Shown piece by piece: positions 59,216 to 64,000 of a stretch of 64,000 nt of DNA. This DNA is from the human T2T-CHM13v2.0 reference genome, Homo sapiens, in assembly GCF_009914755.1 (NCBI RefSeq), contig NC_060931.1; one strand, given 5' to 3'. The position numbers and the translations under genes were made by a program. The notes under the pieces are model-generated. The model was not told the DNA's origin. It was given only the letters and a program-made list of their open reading frames with translations, and made no database searches. Positions within the stretch are counted from its first letter, which is position 1; each line of letters begins with the position of its first letter.

Positions 59216-60237
59216 TATTTCTGCTGACTTTTAAGAATGTCGAGGATTTACTTGTCACATAATTCATAATTCCTCAGGGCAAGGAGACATGGAACATGGG
59301 TCAGTGATGATAATGAGCCAGTGCCATTTCCAAAGGCTCAGCTTTGGGATCTCTTCCAGCAAGCAGGCATAGAGGGGCTCTCAGATGACAGCATTGCTGT
59401 CGCAGGCCTCATCCTTACCAGCTCCTGGGGTAAATATTTCACTCTTCAGAAAGCAGGATGTGTCTGTTCTGACCCCTACTACCCCAAAGAAGAAGCTCAA
59501 ATCATCTTATTGGAGTCCTTGATGTTGTATGTGCTGCTTGTAGTGACATCAGCCACATCCCTGGTGGCTAAGGTGGCTGGAGTCCACCTGGCAATCCAGG
59601 TAGCTGTTCTCCTCTTCTCTCCTTTCACACCCATTGTTCCCAGACATGCATTATTTCCAGAGAGAGGGGCATTCTTTGGTCAGGAGCATCTCTAGCTTTC
59701 CGTCTTCTGCAGAACCATTTGAGGGGGTGCACAGGAAGCAGCACAGTATGCTGCTTCTCACTGAAGCCGTCATCTTCATCTCCTTCCCTGTGTCTCCATT
59801 ACAGGCCCTCTTGACAACAGAATCCTGGTGGATCATTCTGAATGTACAGGAATGGCAGCTGAGGCCCAGCCAAAAGCTCTTGCTGTATGCAGGAAAGTGG
59901 CTTGGTCACCAGAGTCCTAGGGAAAGAGTCCCAGGAAAAGTTTTGCAATATGCAGCAATCTAACCCAACTAAACTCAACAAATCTTTCTGGATGCCCACT
60001 CTGTGTAAAGGACTCAGCTAGGGCCTGCAGACATAGTGGTGAATAATACTCAGACTGTCCTTAAGAAGCTCATGCTCTGGTAAGGGATCACCACTGCTCA
60101 TGTGTGGAAACCAACACGGTGCTGGAGAGGAGGAAAGACAATAATAGAACCATGGGAGGGGGGAAAGAAGTTGCCCAGAGGAGGAAGCAGTCATGTCTGA
60201 TTCCTAAATCAGAGAAAGCCTCTAATAGGAGAGGTCT

Positions 60238-60548
<311 letters not shown>

Positions 60549-60563
60549 TTATTATATGGGTAT

Positions 60564-60939
60564 TGATGTGGTTTGGATTTGTGACCCCACCCAAATCTCA
60601 TGTCAAATTGTAATCCTCAATGTTGGAGGAGGGGTCTGGTGGGAGGTGATTGGGTGTCATGGGGTCAGACTTATCCCTTGCTGTTCTCATGATAGTGAGT
60701 GAATTCTCATGAGATCTGGTTGTTTAAAAGTGTGTAGCAGCTCCCTCTTCTCTCTCTCCCTCCTCCTTCTCTGGTCAATATAAGATGTGCCTTCGCACCA
60801 TGATTGTAAGTTTCCTGAGACCTCCCCAGTCATGCTTCCTGTATAGCCTGCAGAATCGTGAACCAATTAAACCTGTTTTCTTTATAAACTACCCAGACTC
60901 AGGTACTTCTTTATAGCAATGCATGTACAGGCTAACATA
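60564..60939 (+). mobile_element. MSTA-like MaLR solo LTR
   Basis: TGATGTGGTTTGG...CTAACATA, TSD GGTAT (60559-60563, 60940-60944). Confidence 0.9.
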
Positions 60940-61531
60940 GGTATATTGCGTGGGAAAAAAAGAAACATAAATGAATAAAAACTTAAAAAGAAGTCTATCT
61001 GATCTGGGTTTGAAAGGATGAATAGTAGTCTTCTAGGGAGTATAGAGAAATTCTAGGCAGTGGAAACTTCCTGGATAAAGATGTGTATGTGTGCATTATT
61101 TTGATGGATTTGAAGTATTTTGGATTGAAGGCAGCCATGAAGATAAGGGCTGGTTAGAGATTGAATGCCAATGACTTCACAAGAGTTTCTGATAAGAATC
61201 TATAACTCTTGGGGCTTATCAAACACTGATTAGTTTACTGATATCACACAATATAAAGTCAAAGGAGGTCAAAATAAGGGTGGCCATAATTCTTCACCAA
61301 CTGTGAATGTGAGAAGAGCACCCCAATCCCTCCACATGAGGAGCAGCATAGGTAGCTTTTCTACTGGCTGCAGCTATGGACCCAACTCATTCCCCAGCAC
61401 ATAAATATTCCTGTTAACCTTAACTAAATCACCTCTGGGCAGAGAAAGAAAGCTCTACATGCACAGCCCAGCCAAAAGCGGCACACAGCTGAAAGAAAAA
61501 CTCAGAAGATAGATTTGAAAAAGAAAATGCG

Positions 61532-61602
61532 ATGGATCTCATTCCAAACTTTGCCATGGAAATGTGTGTTCTCCTGGCTACCAGCCTGGTGCTCCTCTAC
61601 CT
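61532..61602 (+). pseudogene. CYP3A137P: Orphan CYP3A43-like exon 1 (CYP3A137P-type detritus exon), head-to-head with CYP3A4
   Basis: MDLIPNFAMEMCVLLATSLVLLY(L), 71 nt, donor GTGAAT. Differs from CYP3A43 (METWVLVATSLVLLYI) and lies ~36 kb, not ~44 kb, from the CYP3A4 start. No exon 2 in the window. Confidence 0.82.
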
Positions 61603-61755
61603 GTGAATAACTGTCCAGGCCATCTGCTCTGTAACTTTAGACTTTTAGTGCTAATCAGGCCTATTTTTCTTATTTGTTTTGAAGATGAAAGACATAATGG
61701 AGGGGAAGTTGCTTAAGCATTGAATGCTACAAACATAAATTATCATTACTGATCT

Positions 61756-64000
61756 GTTGGGGCTCAGAAGAAAACACTTGAAAATAGGACACTGTGGCAA
61801 GCTGAGTACTTTGAACTAAAGGGGACTGGAGGATCTCAGAAATGGCCTCAGAACTAAGGTCTCTCTGACCTTCTCCTGCCTCCCATACTTTCCCTCCAAA
61901 AGTGCAGAGAGGGGCTTTCTCTGAAGTTCCTTTATCTGACTAAGGAAAGACCTGCCAGAAAGAATGCAATTGTCTTTAGCACCTCCAAATAATATCAACA
62001 AACAGAATATTAACTTACAGGAAAGAAGTAGAAAGTTGATAATACTTATTCTTTGGAGCACTGCTACCTGACACACTTTATCTCCATAATAAAATAACCT
62101 TTGTTCATCATGCATTTTCTCCCCTATCCTTCCATAGCTTGTGTCACCAACTCCCCACCAGAAGTCTTTAAATTTTTAGTAAGTCACAATGCTATTTAAG
62201 CTTCAACCACCTGGTCATTATTTAGTCTTATATATTGTGAGTCTCCAGTGTGTATGCATTTCATAAATGTGTATGCATTTTTTTTGAGACAGAGTCTGGC
62301 TCTGTGACCCAGGCTGGAGTGCAGTGATGCAATCATAGCTCACTGCAGCCTAGAACAACTGGGCTCAAATCATCCTCCCACCTCAGCCTCCTGAGGGCTC
62401 AAATCATCCTCCCGCCTCAGCCTCCCGAGTAACTGAGATGACAGGTGCTGTTAATCAATCCATTGTCAGGTTCTCAGACTCAAACATTAAGCCTCCAGAG
62501 GAACTGAAGTTTTCTCTCCCCACCTCCTACAGTTTTGGTGAGACAACCAGGAGATAAAGTCACTCCGCAGCTTCTGAAGCTACAGTTGAGAGACCCTGAG
62601 ACCTGATGAAGCTGGAGAAAGGTAGGAATCCTTACCCAGTCTGTCTCCTGGATCTCTGCTTGTGGAACCAGGTTGAACAAGTGGTAATATCACTACTAGT
62701 CTCATGTTTCTTTCCAAACTTAGATTAGTAGTAGAAAACCTTTTTGTAAACTTGTTCTTGGTATACATCTAGTGTTTTTATTTTTGCTATGAGTATTCTG
62801 CATTTCTGGTCCCTGCCCCTTCAGAGATGGTCTTTGCTTTCCTTTGTCTTGTTGTCATTTGTCAGAAAGAGGAGAATTGTAGGGCAGAACATGGGCATAA
62901 GGTCTTTTTATAAGCCTGTCATTTAAGCCCACCAAGCAGACTGGTGACTTCATATTTCTCAGCAGACCAGCATCTGTTTAGGCAAACTTTGCAGTGTATC
63001 TCTCAGAAAAAAATCAAATGAGATCTTCCTTTTGTCTATTTGTATGTCCTGAGAAATTGGCTTTGTTGCCAAGTGAGAACATCTCTCTCTGGTCTCTGTT
63101 ACCTGGGGGTCTGATTTTTGGTTCCCATCTGGCTGCTAGTCAAAAAGGCCAGGGACCCATGACATGAAGTAGAAAGTAGCATTCTCTTTGTCTGACCATG
63201 CCAGCTCTTAGGGGAGTTAGTCTTAAGAGGCTCAAGTCCATGAGGGCTTTTGTCATCTCAACCTTCACCAAAATGAGTGACTGAAGCATAAGTCTCAATC
63301 ACCGAGGATTATTGAGCCAGCTTAAGTGCATGCCCAGGAAAAATGTAAGTCACACATGCATCTGTGGCTGGTTTTTTTCCAAAGAGGTTCTCAGAGATTT
63401 AATATTTATACATTTTCCTTTAAAATGGTGGGGGGGTGTTATGAGATGAGTGATTACATACTTGTGAGACTTTAGTTAGTGCCTTGTCATATGATAAGGT
63501 GAACATTTAAAGAAAAAGTAATAGAGGAAGTAGATATCTCAGGGAAGGGTGAGGGAAGGATTAATCTCATCTTATCCTTACCCTGTACCTGGAAGGATAA
63601 GCTCATAACTGACAATATTGGTGTGGAATCTTTTGAAGGGGCTGCTTTCTTTTTCACCTTTAGGAAAGAAGGTCTAATGACAGTGAGCAATGGAGGGGGT
63701 ATAATGAGGCATGCTGGACCTCCCTTTTCCTCATGCCCTGGAATTCAGTTTTTCAGGTTCCTCTGGGGTCCACTTAGCCAACGGTGGGTCTGTTTATTTG
63801 GTGGAGGGGGCTTGGGATTTTGTTTTTGGTTTACATTCTCCTTTATTTGGGCCAAGATTTTCCAGAGCCAACATCAATGGCAGACTTTTATTTGGTCTCA
63901 TCATTGCTGTAATGGTGTGGCTGTCTGCCCCAAGTCCACCCTGTCCCTCCATGGGGCTCTTATGGCCAAAGGACTTAAAGCCAAAAGACTAATCGCTGAT
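61756..64000. mobile_element. ERV1 (MER31/MER34/MER4-group) LTRs and internal fragments, with an Alu monomer at about 62279-62450
   Basis: LTR start TGTTGGGGCTCAGAA at 61756 to about 62530, then internal-like sequence; second LTR-like block about 63265-63835. Confidence 0.6.

Noticed and set aside
61532-61602. CYP3A43 exon 1
   Set aside because: It encodes MEMCVLL..YL, not the CYP3A43 METWVLV..YI, has a degraded donor, and is ~8 kb closer to CYP3A4 than I recall for CYP3A43; called an orphan pseudo-exon

Overview
Human (primate) CYP3A cluster DNA. The left 26 kb holds CYP3A4 on the minus strand. Exons 1-12 (25580 down to 2331) have canonical GT-AG junctions and 1416 coding nt (472 codons, open frame); exon 13 lies beyond the left edge. 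Upstream are the known control elements: TATA, proximal ER6, the -392 site, XREM at about -7.7 kb and CLEM4 at about -11 kb. From 37 to 57 kb is nested retroelement sequence: an internally deleted L1 with intact ends and TSD, a rearranged L1PA, an old L1M split by several inserts, ERV1 LTR/internal pieces, and a full-length young L1 of ACG/A type with broken ORF1/ORF2 but intact ORF0. At 59.3-61.8 kb on the plus strand is an inverted paralog of the CYP3A promoter plus an orphan exon 1 (CYP3A137P-type, not CYP3A43 itself), cut off by an ERV LTR. The haplotype reads as -392A, non-*22, with the *1G intron-10 allele. The most interesting leads are all inferences needing tests: (i) an L1 antisense-promoter/ORF0 splice donor in frame with CYP3A4 exon 2; (ii) a possible spliced-then-retrotransposed L1 beside CLEM4; (iii) several short templated local duplications, one inverted inside an Alu; (iv) a MADE1 hairpin in intron 9; (v) two spare exon-1 copies. 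Repeat subfamily names and variant names are recalled by eye, not from a search.
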